A DNA stretch of 42,364 nucleotides, from the NCBI GenBank assembly GCA_051746405.1, contig JBNJFB010000019.1, positions 1-42,364 on the forward strand, written 5' to 3'. Position 1 is the stretch's first letter; every line of letters begins with the position of its first letter. Shown piece after piece: positions 9,308 to 19,010 of this stretch. The position numbers and the translations under genes are program-made. The DNA is from Campylobacterota bacterium. GTDB taxonomy: Bacteria > Campylobacterota > Campylobacteria > Campylobacterales > Arcobacteraceae. The notes beneath the pieces were generated by a model. It was not told where the DNA came from. It did no database searches and worked only from the letters and a program-made list of their open reading frames with translations.

Positions 9308-10096
9308 TTATCTTTTTAACCTATTTACAGTATCAAGCATACCATCAGTTGTAGTAATTGCTTTTGAGTTAGCTTCATAGGCTCTTTGTGCAGTAATTAA
9401 ATCAACCATTTCATTTACAAGTTTTACGTTTGAAAGTTCAATCATTCCTTGTCTTGTATTTCCAAACTGATCTTCAGTTGGAAAACCATTTATAACATCA
9501 CCTGAAGCTTCAGTTTGTCTAAATAGTGACTCACCCATAGGAGATAAACCTGCTGGGTTAATAAAATCTGCTAATTCAATTCTACCTAAGTCAACTATAG
9601 CTTCTGTTTGTGGATTTGTTGCTGTTACTGTTCCATCTTTACCTACTGTTAAATCAACAACATTGTCAGGTACTACTATTTGAGGCTCTAAAGGGTAACC
9701 ATTACCATTAACTATGGTACCCTCTGCGTTTAGTTTAAATGTTCCATTTCTTGAGTATGCCACTTCACCATTTGGTAAGGTGATTTGAAAAAAACCTTTA
9801 CCCTCAATAGCTATATCTAAGGGATTTGAAGTAAGTTTTAAATCACCTTCATTGAAGTTTTTTTGAATACCTGAAATTCTTGTACCCAAACCAACATCAA
9901 TACCTGTTGGGTTAAGCGTTGTTTGTGTAGTTCTTCCTGCTGTGTAGTTTAATCTTTCGTACATTAGATCTTGAAATTCAGCTCTATCTTTTTTAAATCC
10001 TGTGGAGTTAATATTTGCAATATTGTTAGATGTAACATCGATTTGATGCTGCATAGAGTTCATTCCTGTTGCAGCTGTATATAAGCCTCTGATCAT
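9308..10096 (-). CDS. flgG: Flagellar basal-body distal rod protein FlgG
   Basis: SNNIAN, RAEFQDLMY, DIAIEGKGFF and ELSNV...EMVDLITAQRAYEANSK; 262 aa. Confidence 0.96.
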   Translation of the reverse strand: MIRGLYTAATGMNSMQHQIDVTSNNIANINSTGFKKDRAEFQDLMYERLNYTAGRTTQTTLNPTGIDVGLGTRISGIQKNFNEGDLKLTSNPLDIAIEGKGFFQITLPNGEVAYSRNGTFKLNAEGTIVNGNGYPLEPQIVVPDNVVDLTVGKDGTVTATNPQTEAIVDLGRIELADFINPAGLSPMGESLFRQTEASGDVINGFPTEDQFGNTRQGMIELSNVKLVNEMVDLITAQRAYEANSKAITTTDGMLDTVNRLKR

Positions 10097-10262
10097 TCTG
10101 TTTCCTTTAAGCCAAACTAAATAGCATAAATTATATTTTAAATATAATTAAAACAAGATAAATTATATTTAAGATATATTACTAAATTAAGTGGATATTT
10201 AAAACAAATTATATATAATAAACGTTATTTGAATAATATTAGAAAAGATTGAGGACAGTTTA

Positions 10263-10631
10263 ATGAAAATTCTTATAGTTGATGATAGTTCCACGATGAG
10301 AAGGATTATCGGTAATGTTGTACAACAACTAGGTTTCTCTAAAGAAGATTTTGAAGAAGCAGAAGACGGTGTTAAGGCGTGGAAACTACTTGGTGAATCA
10401 CAGTTTGATGTAATTTTAACAGATTGGAATATGCCAAATATGAATGGTTTAGAGTTAGTTAAAAAAGTTAGAGCTGAGGGTTCACATCAAAAAACACCAA
10501 TAATAATGATTACAACAGAAGGTGGTAAGGGTGAAGTAATTACCGCATTAAAAGCAGGTGTTAACAACTATATTGTAAAGCCATTCAATGCTGAAATTTT
10601 AAAAGAGAAGCTTGATGGAGTTTTAAAATAA
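10263..10631 (+). CDS. cheY: Chemotaxis response regulator CheY
   Basis: Stand-alone receiver domain: VDDSSTMRRII, TDWNMPNMNG, MITTE, YIVKPF. Confidence 0.93.
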   Translation: MKILIVDDSSTMRRIIGNVVQQLGFSKEDFEEAEDGVKAWKLLGESQFDVILTDWNMPNMNGLELVKKVRAEGSHQKTPIIMITTEGGKGEVITALKAGVNNYIVKPFNAEILKEKLDGVLK

Positions 10632-10644
10632 ATAAGGCAATATT

Positions 10645-11841
10645 ATGAGTATGAGTCAAGAAGAGATTGAAGCTTTGATGAATGGTTTAGATATTGATGA
10701 ATCTGAATCAGAAGATAATAATGAAGAGGCTTCAGAAGATAATAGTTCTACTGTAAATCAAGAAGAGTTAGATGAGCTTGTTTCTAGTTCTAATAGTGAA
10801 GATAATAGTAAAGAAGAAAAGAGCACATCTGAAAATAAACAAGATTCAACCAGTGAGCATGAGCCAAAAGAAGAGTCAGTAGAAGAAAAAGAACAGTCAA
10901 ATAGTGAAGAAACTCAACAAGCCCAACAGCAACCCAAAGAAGATGAACAAGATAGCTCTTCTCAATCCAAAGAAGTTGATAATGATGATATTGATTCGTT
11001 ATTAAATGAGTTTGATGATAACCAAGAGTCTAATAAAGATTCACATAATGATTCCCTAAAGCAAGAAGAAGACTCTAGTGATGATATGTCAGATGATGAT
11101 ATAGATAATATGTTATCTCAAATAGATGGAGTTAGTGATGATGAGTCATCACAAGAAAATAGTGAACCCTCACAAAAAGAAAATAGTAATAAGCAAGAGT
11201 CAAAGAAAGAAGAATCAAAGAAAGAAGAACCAAAAAAGAAAAAACCAAGTTTAAATGAAGATGATATAGTAAACAATTGGACAAATACAAAAATAAATGA
11301 AGGTGTTATTCCATTACCTGCAGATAAAGATACAAAAGTAGTAAGTCAGTTAAATCAAGTTGCAAATGATTCTGAAGAGAAAGTATCAAGAATTTTTGAT
11401 GTTCTTAGTTTAGGTTTAGATAATAATAATGATTTTAGAACAAAAATAACAGATATTGAGAAACTTCTATTAAATCAAGAGAAACTATTGAAGTCACTTA
11501 ATTCAAAGTTTCCTAATATAGAGGTTTTTAAAGAGCATATTGCTCAGACAAAAAGAGTTAATGAAGGACTTGAATCACTTAAAGACTCTATGAATGATGA
11601 GGATATGAAGATTTTTGAAGCAATGGAGTTAATGCAGTTTAATGATATTAATAGACAAAAAATAGAAAGAGTAATGTCTGTTATTAGAAAACTATCTCTG
11701 TATTTAAATAATCTATTTGAAGATGAGTACACTGAACAAGAAATTGCAGTTGCTAAGCATATTCATGGTGATGAAGCGGAAGACTTAATAGGTGATGATT
11801 TGGACAAACTAATAGAAGAGTTTGGAAAAAATAATAACTAA
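10645..11841 (+). CDS. cheZ: CheY-phosphate phosphatase CheZ (Campylobacterota type) with long acidic N-terminal extension
   Basis: MQFNDINRQKIERV contains the catalytic DxxxQ (D334/Q338); C-terminal DDLDKLIEEFG CheY-binding peptide; directly downstream of cheY. Confidence 0.85.
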   Translation: MSMSQEEIEALMNGLDIDESESEDNNEEASEDNSSTVNQEELDELVSSSNSEDNSKEEKSTSENKQDSTSEHEPKEESVEEKEQSNSEETQQAQQQPKEDEQDSSSQSKEVDNDDIDSLLNEFDDNQESNKDSHNDSLKQEEDSSDDMSDDDIDNMLSQIDGVSDDESSQENSEPSQKENSNKQESKKEESKKEEPKKKKPSLNEDDIVNNWTNTKINEGVIPLPADKDTKVVSQLNQVANDSEEKVSRIFDVLSLGLDNNNDFRTKITDIEKLLLNQEKLLKSLNSKFPNIEVFKEHIAQTKRVNEGLESLKDSMNDEDMKIFEAMELMQFNDINRQKIERVMSVIRKLSLYLNNLFEDEYTEQEIAVAKHIHGDEAEDLIGDDLDKLIEEFGKNNN

Positions 11842-11868
11842 TATTTTGTGTAGAGTAAAGGAAAATAT

Positions 11869-12588
11869 ATGAATCAAGGTACATATCCACTTGCTGCATC
11901 TATGATTAACCAGGTTAATAGATTAGATCAAATAAGTAATAATCTAGCAAATGTTAATACAAATGGATTTAAACAAGAGGGATTAACTGAAACAACTTTT
12001 AATCACTATTTACAAAGAGCTGAAGATGAAGGGTTTGAGCCAACAAAGATAAATGAGGTAACAAATAATATACCTAAGATTGATTCAAAATTTATTAATG
12101 ACCAAGCAGGACCAATAGTTCCAACTGGAAATAGACTTGATTTTGCATTGACCAGTCCTGATACTTTCTTTAAACTTCAAAATCAAAATGGAGATATTGT
12201 TTATACTAGAGATGGAGCATTTAAGGTTTTAGATGGTTTTTTAGTAAATGCAAATGGAAGTAATATTCTAAATGCAGATAATGAACCTATTTTAGCACAA
12301 GGTGATTTTGAAAATCAAATTGGGGTAGTTCAGACACCTTTTACTAATATGGATAAGATAGGAAATAATAATTTTAGAGCTAAGAATGATCAAGATGTAA
12401 ATATTTTTGAGAACAATGATGGATTTATAAGACAAGGGGTAATTGAAAAATCAAATGTAAACTCAGTTACTGCAATGGTTGAGTTAATTGATGCACAAAG
12501 AAGATTTGATCAATCACAAAAAGCAGTTACTACAATTGATGAGTTAAATGGAGTAGTAATAGATAAAATAGGGAATAATACTAGATAA
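11869..12588 (+). CDS. flgF: Flagellar basal-body rod protein, FlgF/FlgG2 type
   Basis: SNNLANVNTNGFK, TGNRLDFAL, YTRDGAF and EKSNVN...MVELIDAQR; 239 aa. Confidence 0.8.
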   Translation: MNQGTYPLAASMINQVNRLDQISNNLANVNTNGFKQEGLTETTFNHYLQRAEDEGFEPTKINEVTNNIPKIDSKFINDQAGPIVPTGNRLDFALTSPDTFFKLQNQNGDIVYTRDGAFKVLDGFLVNANGSNILNADNEPILAQGDFENQIGVVQTPFTNMDKIGNNNFRAKNDQDVNIFENNDGFIRQGVIEKSNVNSVTAMVELIDAQRRFDQSQKAVTTIDELNGVVIDKIGNNTR

Positions 12589-12992
12589 TGGAAGCAAGTT
12601 CAGTAACTAATGCACTTTTTTCGCAGTTAAATTTTAGAGGTGAAAGACAAAAAGTTATATCAAGTAATATAGCAAATATAAACACACCTAATTATAAAAC
12701 AAAAGAGTTAGTCTTTGAGTATGAATTGAATAAAGCAAGAGAACCAAGACTTCAAATGGCACAAACTGCAAATAATCATCTACCTAATGTTAACTCTGTA
12801 AAAAATATGCCAAATCCTAGATTAACTGAAGTTCAGGGATTACAAGAACAAAACGATGGAAATAATGTGAATATTGATACTCAAATGGGAGAAATGTCAA
12901 AAAATAAAGTGATTTTTGATGCATTGCAATCGTCAATTAAAAAGGATTCTAGACTATTTAGATCAGTAATAGAATCATCAGCTAAAAACTAA
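12588..12992 (+). CDS. flgB: Flagellar basal-body rod protein FlgB
   Basis: RQKVISSNIANINTPNYK and DGNNVNID motifs. Confidence 0.95.
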   Translation: MEASSVTNALFSQLNFRGERQKVISSNIANINTPNYKTKELVFEYELNKAREPRLQMAQTANNHLPNVNSVKNMPNPRLTEVQGLQEQNDGNNVNIDTQMGEMSKNKVIFDALQSSIKKDSRLFRSVIESSAKN

Positions 12993-13008
12993 GTAGGGTA
13001 AGTAGTAA

Positions 13009-14742
13009 ATGGACCAACTCTTAAAATTTATAAACAACTTAAGTGCTGCACAAAGAGCAGTAATAATTGGAGGTTTTTCTCTATTATTTGTACTTTTAGT
13101 TGGTTTATTAGTCTATTCAAATATAAAAGCACAAGATAAAAAACTAAACTATACAATCGCTACAAATCTTACAAAATCACAAGTTATGTCAGCAAGTAGT
13201 GAATTAGAAGCTGCAGGAATTGATTTTGCGGTGGTTGGTACAGGAAATAATCTATCTTTAAAAACTTCACAGGAAAATATTAACATTGCAAAGATTAAGT
13301 TAGTTACAAGCGAGGCTTCTACAAGTCAGCATGTTGGTTGGGAGATATTTGAAAAATCATCATTAGGAACAACAAACTTTGAAAATAGAGTAAAATATTT
13401 AAGAGCTTTAGAAGGTGAGCTATCTAGGTCTTTAGAGTCTTTAAGTGGAGTATTAAGAGCAAGTGTAAAGATTGCTATTCCCAAGGACTCAATCTTTACA
13501 GAGCGAAAAACAATGCCAACTGCATCTGCTGTTTTATCTTTGAAGCCAGGAGTTTTTCTAACCCAAAAACAGATTAATGGAATTAAAAATTTTGTAGCAT
13601 CTGCTGTTGCAGATTTAAAGCATGAAAATATAAAGTTAATTGATCAAGATGGTTCATTGCTTAAAATGTCAAAAGATGATATATTAAGTAAAAAGTCATA
13701 TACTCAAAATAAGTTTAAGAGTGAAGTTGAAGAGGATTATGAGCAAAAAATAGTAGAAGTACTTGAACCTTTTGTTGGTGTTGGTAGGGTTGTAGCTAGG
13801 GTAACTGTATCTTTGAATTTTGTAAGGCAAGATATCCAAGAAGAGATTTATGACCCAGAGGGTACTATAAGGTCCCAACAAGTAATTGAAAATATTTCAT
13901 CTTCTCAAGAACAAGAACCTCAAGATGGAGGTAATGCGGGGGTTGATAATAATATTCAAGCACCAGGTGAGCAAGGTGATGCAGCGATGGCTAGTTCTAA
14001 TAATGAGAGTATAAATACTGTAACAAACTATGAGATTTCTAAAAAAATTATAAATCAAAAAGATGAGAACTATGCGGATTTAAGTAGAATAACAGCAGGT
14101 GTTACATTTGATTCATCTGTTTTAGAAGATGTTGAAAATAAAGAGGAGTTTATATCTTCAATTGAGTCTATTGTACAAGATACAATAGGATATAGCCAAA
14201 AAAGAGGCGATAAAGTAAGTGTAAAAGATTTTAAGTTTGTAGGTGTTAAGTCATTTGGAAGTGGAAATGCTCAAGTTGATGAAAATGGTAATGCAGTTTC
14301 AGGAGATTCAAGCTCTGTTGATACTGTGGCTATGATAAAAACTATATTAAAAGAGTTTAGTGAGTATATTCAATACTTAATAGCTGCTATTTTACTATTT
14401 ATTTTTTATAAAAAGTTTATTGTGAACCACGAAGTTGTTATTTTAGGAGATAAGGCTGCTAACAAAGCAGCAAAAGATGCAAATAATGAAGGGCTTGTTG
14501 ATGATATGCTTGATGGATATGATGAAGAGTTTGATAGGGAGTCTGCAAAGGGTAGATTAAAAACTAAGGTTAAAAGTCAAATAATGAATAATATTGAAGG
14601 CTTAGATGAGGAATCAGCTGCAAAATATGAAGTATTAATTGAGGAGTTAGACAAAGAGATTAACAATAACCCAGCAGATATAGCAGGTATGATTGAGTTA
14701 CTATTAAATGAAGGTGATAAGCAACAAAAAGGTAAGAAATAA
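13009..14742 (+). CDS. fliF: Flagellar MS-ring protein FliF
   Basis: Two TM segments; GWEIFE, RALEGELSRSLESL, PTASAVL and TNYEISK motifs. Confidence 0.96.
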   Translation: MDQLLKFINNLSAAQRAVIIGGFSLLFVLLVGLLVYSNIKAQDKKLNYTIATNLTKSQVMSASSELEAAGIDFAVVGTGNNLSLKTSQENINIAKIKLVTSEASTSQHVGWEIFEKSSLGTTNFENRVKYLRALEGELSRSLESLSGVLRASVKIAIPKDSIFTERKTMPTASAVLSLKPGVFLTQKQINGIKNFVASAVADLKHENIKLIDQDGSLLKMSKDDILSKKSYTQNKFKSEVEEDYEQKIVEVLEPFVGVGRVVARVTVSLNFVRQDIQEEIYDPEGTIRSQQVIENISSSQEQEPQDGGNAGVDNNIQAPGEQGDAAMASSNNESINTVTNYEISKKIINQKDENYADLSRITAGVTFDSSVLEDVENKEEFISSIESIVQDTIGYSQKRGDKVSVKDFKFVGVKSFGSGNAQVDENGNAVSGDSSSVDTVAMIKTILKEFSEYIQYLIAAILLFIFYKKFIVNHEVVILGDKAANKAAKDANNEGLVDDMLDGYDEEFDRESAKGRLKTKVKSQIMNNIEGLDEESAAKYEVLIEELDKEINNNPADIAGMIELLLNEGDKQQKGKK

Positions 14743-15758
14743 TGGCTGAAAAGAAAGAAAACAGTTTTCATGATGTAACAAAGGGAATGTCTATGATGGA
14801 CAGGGTTGCTAGATTTTTTGTTTTAATAGGTGAAGAAGCTACAATCAAAATCTTTCAACATTTGCCAAAAGAGACAGTTGAAAGTATATCCACAGGAATC
14901 ACTCAAATTACCTCAATAGACAAAGAGATATCATTAGCAATTTTAGAAGAGTTTCACTTATATACAAGAACAAAAGGTTTTTTAAGTTCAGGTGGATATG
15001 ATTTTGCTAGACAGATTTTATATAAGTCTTTGGGTAAGGGTGAAGCAGATGAGGTATTAGCAAAATTATCAAGACTGCAGCTAGCTTCTCAATCTTTTTC
15101 TTATTTAGATGCAATTAATCCAAAACAGTTATCAGATTTTATCAAAGATGAGTCACCACACACTATTGCAGTTATACTCTCTCATATGGAAGCACCAAAG
15201 TCAGCTGAAGTTTTAATGCAACTTGATGAAGAGGTGAGAGTAAAAGTAACCATGCAAATGGCAACAATAAAAGATGTATCCCCTGATGTTGTTAGAACTA
15301 TTTCTGTTGTACTTGAAAAGAAACTAGAATCACTACTTTCTTCTATTGTAGATGTTGGTGGGGTTAAGGTTGTTGCTGATATGCTTAATAGATTAGGACC
15401 AAAGTCACAAGATATTTTAAAAAATATCAATGGAGTTGATACTTCACTTGCCACTAAAATTAAAGAGAATATGTTTGTATTTGAAGATTTATTAAACTTA
15501 GATACAGAGTATGTTATGAAAGTTTTACAAAATGTTGAAACAGGTGATGTGGCAGTTGCTATGAAAAATGCACCTGATGAAGATATGGAAAAAGTTACAA
15601 GTGCAATGTCTCAAAGAGCTAGAGATAGATTCAAAGAGGAGTTTGAAATGCTAAATAAAGTTAAAATTAAAGATATTGAAGCTGCTCAAAGAAAGATGTT
15701 AGATGTGGCTCAAAAAATGATTGAAGATGGAATAATTGATAGAGATATGGATGAGTAA
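14742..15758 (+). CDS. fliG: Flagellar motor switch protein FliG
   Basis: ESPHTIAVIL, VGGVK, MFVFEDL, MSQRA and DIEAAQ motifs. Confidence 0.97.
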   Translation: MAEKKENSFHDVTKGMSMMDRVARFFVLIGEEATIKIFQHLPKETVESISTGITQITSIDKEISLAILEEFHLYTRTKGFLSSGGYDFARQILYKSLGKGEADEVLAKLSRLQLASQSFSYLDAINPKQLSDFIKDESPHTIAVILSHMEAPKSAEVLMQLDEEVRVKVTMQMATIKDVSPDVVRTISVVLEKKLESLLSSIVDVGGVKVVADMLNRLGPKSQDILKNINGVDTSLATKIKENMFVFEDLLNLDTEYVMKVLQNVETGDVAVAMKNAPDEDMEKVTSAMSQRARDRFKEEFEMLNKVKIKDIEAAQRKMLDVAQKMIEDGIIDRDMDE

Positions 15759-16429
15759 TGGCTGGAAATAATGTAAGATCAAGTGCCAAAGTAGTATCTT
15801 CAAAAGATGAAATTCAAAAATATGAGTTGGGCAATTTTATAAATAATCAAGAAGAGAGTCCAGATTTTACTCCAACATCTAATAATCAAGCTGTTTTGGA
15901 TAATAGGCAAATAAATGGTAATCATGATCCAATGATTGATGAGATTAAAAATTTAAATGCACAGATGTCTCAGATTACACAAAAACTAAATAGTATTGAA
16001 AGTGGTGGAGTTCAAGCTAAAGATATTGATGCACAAGTTGTACAAGCAATTAAAGATTTAAAGCACTATGCTGCTTTTTTTGAACAAGCAACCTTTCAAA
16101 TGGAATCAAAGCTTTTAAAAACCTCCATATCCATAGCACAAAAAATTATAAGTATTGAAGTTGGAGAGAACTCTGCAAAAATTGCTAAACAAACAATAAA
16201 CCATTTATTGGATAAAATTAAAACAGCATCAAGAATTCAGATACATTTAAATCCAAAAGATTATGAGATTTTAAAAAATGATTTAAACTTAGAGCCTTTT
16301 ATTGAATTAAAAGAGGATGCAAATGTGGCTGTTGGTGGGGTTGTAATAGCAAGTGATTTAGGTAACTTTGATGGAAATATTGAAGCAAAAGTTGCCTCAA
16401 TGCTTGAGACTTTGGATACAGTTATTTAA
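15758..16429 (+). CDS. fliH: Flagellar export ATPase regulator FliH
   Basis: C-terminal IHLNPKD...GGVVIASDLGNFDG domain; follows fliF-fliG. Confidence 0.88.
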   Translation: MAGNNVRSSAKVVSSKDEIQKYELGNFINNQEESPDFTPTSNNQAVLDNRQINGNHDPMIDEIKNLNAQMSQITQKLNSIESGGVQAKDIDAQVVQAIKDLKHYAAFFEQATFQMESKLLKTSISIAQKIISIEVGENSAKIAKQTINHLLDKIKTASRIQIHLNPKDYEILKNDLNLEPFIELKEDANVAVGGVVIASDLGNFDGNIEAKVASMLETLDTVI

Positions 16430-16434
16430 TTTTA

Positions 16435-16443
16435 TGTTATAAT
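16435..16443 (+). promoter_or_regulatory. Extended -10 sigma70-type promoter candidate upstream of fliN-flgD-flgE
   Basis: TGTTATAAT, a perfect TGnTATAAT, 29 nt upstream of the fliN ATG in a 43-nt intergenic gap. Confidence 0.6.
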
Positions 16444-16472
16444 AAGCTAAAACAGATTAAATTGAGAGTATT

Positions 16473-16760
16473 ATGGAGATAACTGAAAGAGATTATGATA
16501 TATTAGTTGATACTGAAATTACTGTTGATGTTATGTTAGGAAGTTCCCAAATAACAGTGGAAGAGTTTTTAAAACTTAGTGATGGGGATATAATATCATT
16601 AGATAAAACCGCAGGTGCAGGTGGTGATATCTATGTTAATACGAGAATTGTAGGAACAGGTGATATTATTGTAATGGATGATAAGCTAGCTGTTAGGGTT
16701 CAAGACTCTATGGACTCAGACAATGTAGTTAGATATTTTTTTGATGAAAACCTTATATAG
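16473..16760 (+). CDS. fliN: Flagellar motor switch protein FliN (SpoA domain)
   Basis: Short SpoA domain: VDVMLGS...LSDGDIISLDK...IYVN...GDIIV...AVRV. Confidence 0.85.
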   Translation: MEITERDYDILVDTEITVDVMLGSSQITVEEFLKLSDGDIISLDKTAGAGGDIYVNTRIVGTGDIIVMDDKLAVRVQDSMDSDNVVRYFFDENLI

Positions 16761-16769
16761 GAGTATAAA

Positions 16770-17456
16770 ATGGCAGTTGATAATGTAAATGTAAATACAA
16801 GTACAGGAGTTGATGGTAATTCATACACTTCATCCGTAAGTAATGATCAGTTAACAAATAATGATTTTATGAAATTAATGATTGAAGAGTTAAAGCTACA
16901 AGACCCTACAAAACCTATGGACTCAAAGCAGATGCTTCAAAGTCAGATGCAAATGTCCACAATTGGTACAAACCAAGAGATGGTTGCTGCTATGAAAAGC
17001 TTACAAAACTCTTTTGCAAACTCATCACTTTCAAATGCAGCTAATGTAATTGGTAAAAATATTGAAAATGGTGATGTTGGTGAAAGTGGTGTTTCTAAAG
17101 CATTTACTGTAAGGTCTGTTGAAAATGTTGATGGGGAAGTTCAAGTAAAAGCTCAAGAGATACTATATCTTGAAAATGATGTTGTATTATCAGATGGTGA
17201 TGATACCACAAAAGACCCATATGTAAACTATAATGAAAATGGAGAGATTTTAAATCAAAGTGGTGAGAAAACTGGTGAAAAACTTGTATTACAAAACCCA
17301 GGTCAACCACTAGTTAAAGATGGAAGTTTAGTGGTTTTAGATAAAAACAATGAAGAGATAGCTGACCATAAATATGAATTAACAGGTGGTCGAACCTCTG
17401 TATATTCAGACCAAATATCTTCAATTCCGTTTGCAAATGTTACAAAAATATTCTAG
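16770..17456 (+). CDS. flgD: Flagellar hook cap protein FlgD
   Basis: DFMKLMIEELKLQDPTKPMD and ANVIGK motifs. Confidence 0.92.
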   Translation: MAVDNVNVNTSTGVDGNSYTSSVSNDQLTNNDFMKLMIEELKLQDPTKPMDSKQMLQSQMQMSTIGTNQEMVAAMKSLQNSFANSSLSNAANVIGKNIENGDVGESGVSKAFTVRSVENVDGEVQVKAQEILYLENDVVLSDGDDTTKDPYVNYNENGEILNQSGEKTGEKLVLQNPGQPLVKDGSLVVLDKNNEEIADHKYELTGGRTSVYSDQISSIPFANVTKIF

Positions 17457-17465
17457 GAGTTTATT

Positions 17466-18926
17466 ATGATTAGTGGTCTTTGGAATGGTTTTTCTGGTTT
17501 AAATACATATGAAAAAGGTATTACCTCTGAAGCTAATAACTCTTCTAATACAAACACACCTGGTTATAAAGCAAGTGACATAAGATTTGAAGATTTGATG
17601 TATAAATCAAATGGTGCAGGTACAGGGGCTGCAGTTGAGGCAGTTTACAAAAGGTTTCAACAAGGTGATATTACACCAACTGAGCATAGTTTAGATTTTG
17701 GTATTGAGGGTAAAGGTTACTTTATAGTGAACCGTCCAGAAGATGATGAAGCATACTATACAAGAGCTGGTAACTTCTCAATGGATGATGCAGGGTTTTT
17801 AAAAACACCTGATGGATTAAGAGTTCAAGGATTAGTTCCACAAGAAGTAAATGTAATAAGTACTACTGAGCAGAATAATAAAATCTCATCAGATTTTGAA
17901 AACTTTTTAACTAGTCAAACTATACAAAATGATGATTTTGTACAGACTATAAATGCAAGAGCAACAGATTATAAGAAAACTGCTACAGATATAGGTACAC
18001 CTGGTGAGGGATTTAAAACAGCATCTGCACAAGTTGTAGATATAGAATCTTTAGTTTATGACTATAAAGATAAATTAAGCCTATATAGTAGTCAGCCAAA
18101 CGCTCCTGCTGTTGAGTCCCAAAGTCAAATTACACAACTTGATTATAGTAGTTATTTAAATGAGTTAAGTGATGAGAATGATTTTATAAAGATAAATATA
18201 GATAACCAAGAGGTAAGACAAAGGTTTGATACTGATGTTGAGACTACCCTTAGAAGTTTTGCAGATAAAATATCTGGTATTGAGGGATTAAAAGGAAGTA
18301 TTGACCCAACTTTAGGAAGCTTAACTGTTGAGTCAATTATACCTGCAAAGGAGATATCTATTTATGATGCAGCTGTTAATGATAAAGCAGCATCAATCTA
18401 TGCAGTACAAAATCAACAGTTAGGTAGTGGGTACGGTTTAGTAACAAGTGTTAGGGATAGATTAAAAACTGCTATTGAAAATGCAGGTGGTGAGTTTTTG
18501 CAAATTGATAGTAAAATCAATATTAATCAACCGCAACAAGAGTTAACTAATATTCAAATGAAACTTGAGAATTTAGGCTTATCTGAATATGGTTTTGGTG
18601 GAATAACCTCAGATAATGAAAATATATATTTAAATGATGGGGATAATAAGTTTGTAATAGGTAGGCTACAAACAGCTTTTTTTAGAAATGATCAAGGGTT
18701 AGAACCTGAGGGTAACAACTTGTATAGAGCAACCAATGAAGCAGGTGAACCCCAAGCTGCAAACTTTATAAATAAAATTTATAGTAGTACATTAGAAAGA
18801 AGTAATACAAATAATGCTGATACTATGACAAACCTATTGACATATCAAAAAGCGTATGAGTCAAATTCAAAATCAATAACAACCTCTGATGAGTTGTTAA
18901 AAATAGCTATTAATCTTAAAAAATAG
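17466..18926 (+). CDS. flgE: Flagellar hook protein paralogue (short FlgE-like, 486 aa)
   Basis: Degenerate ANNSSNTNTPGYK, YYTRAGNF and C-terminal LERSN...YQKAYESNSKSITTSDELL; follows flgD. Confidence 0.75.
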   Translation: MISGLWNGFSGLNTYEKGITSEANNSSNTNTPGYKASDIRFEDLMYKSNGAGTGAAVEAVYKRFQQGDITPTEHSLDFGIEGKGYFIVNRPEDDEAYYTRAGNFSMDDAGFLKTPDGLRVQGLVPQEVNVISTTEQNNKISSDFENFLTSQTIQNDDFVQTINARATDYKKTATDIGTPGEGFKTASAQVVDIESLVYDYKDKLSLYSSQPNAPAVESQSQITQLDYSSYLNELSDENDFIKINIDNQEVRQRFDTDVETTLRSFADKISGIEGLKGSIDPTLGSLTVESIIPAKEISIYDAAVNDKAASIYAVQNQQLGSGYGLVTSVRDRLKTAIENAGGEFLQIDSKININQPQQELTNIQMKLENLGLSEYGFGGITSDNENIYLNDGDNKFVIGRLQTAFFRNDQGLEPEGNNLYRATNEAGEPQAANFINKIYSSTLERSNTNNADTMTNLLTYQKAYESNSKSITTSDELLKIAINLKK

Positions 18927-18937
18927 TTATTTATTAA

Positions 18938-18989
18938 AATGTCTATTTAATAGTACTTTTAAAGTATTATTAAATGAACATTGTTCATT
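18938..18989 (+). promoter_or_regulatory. Two overlapping inverted repeats upstream of the long flgE RBS
   Basis: 22-nt arms at 18938-18959 and 18961-18982 (19/22 Watson-Crick, 2 G-U), overlapped by the perfect AATGAACA-T-TGTTCATT at 18973-18989. Confidence 0.6.
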
Positions 18990-19010
18990 ATATCAAATAA
19001 AGGATAAATC

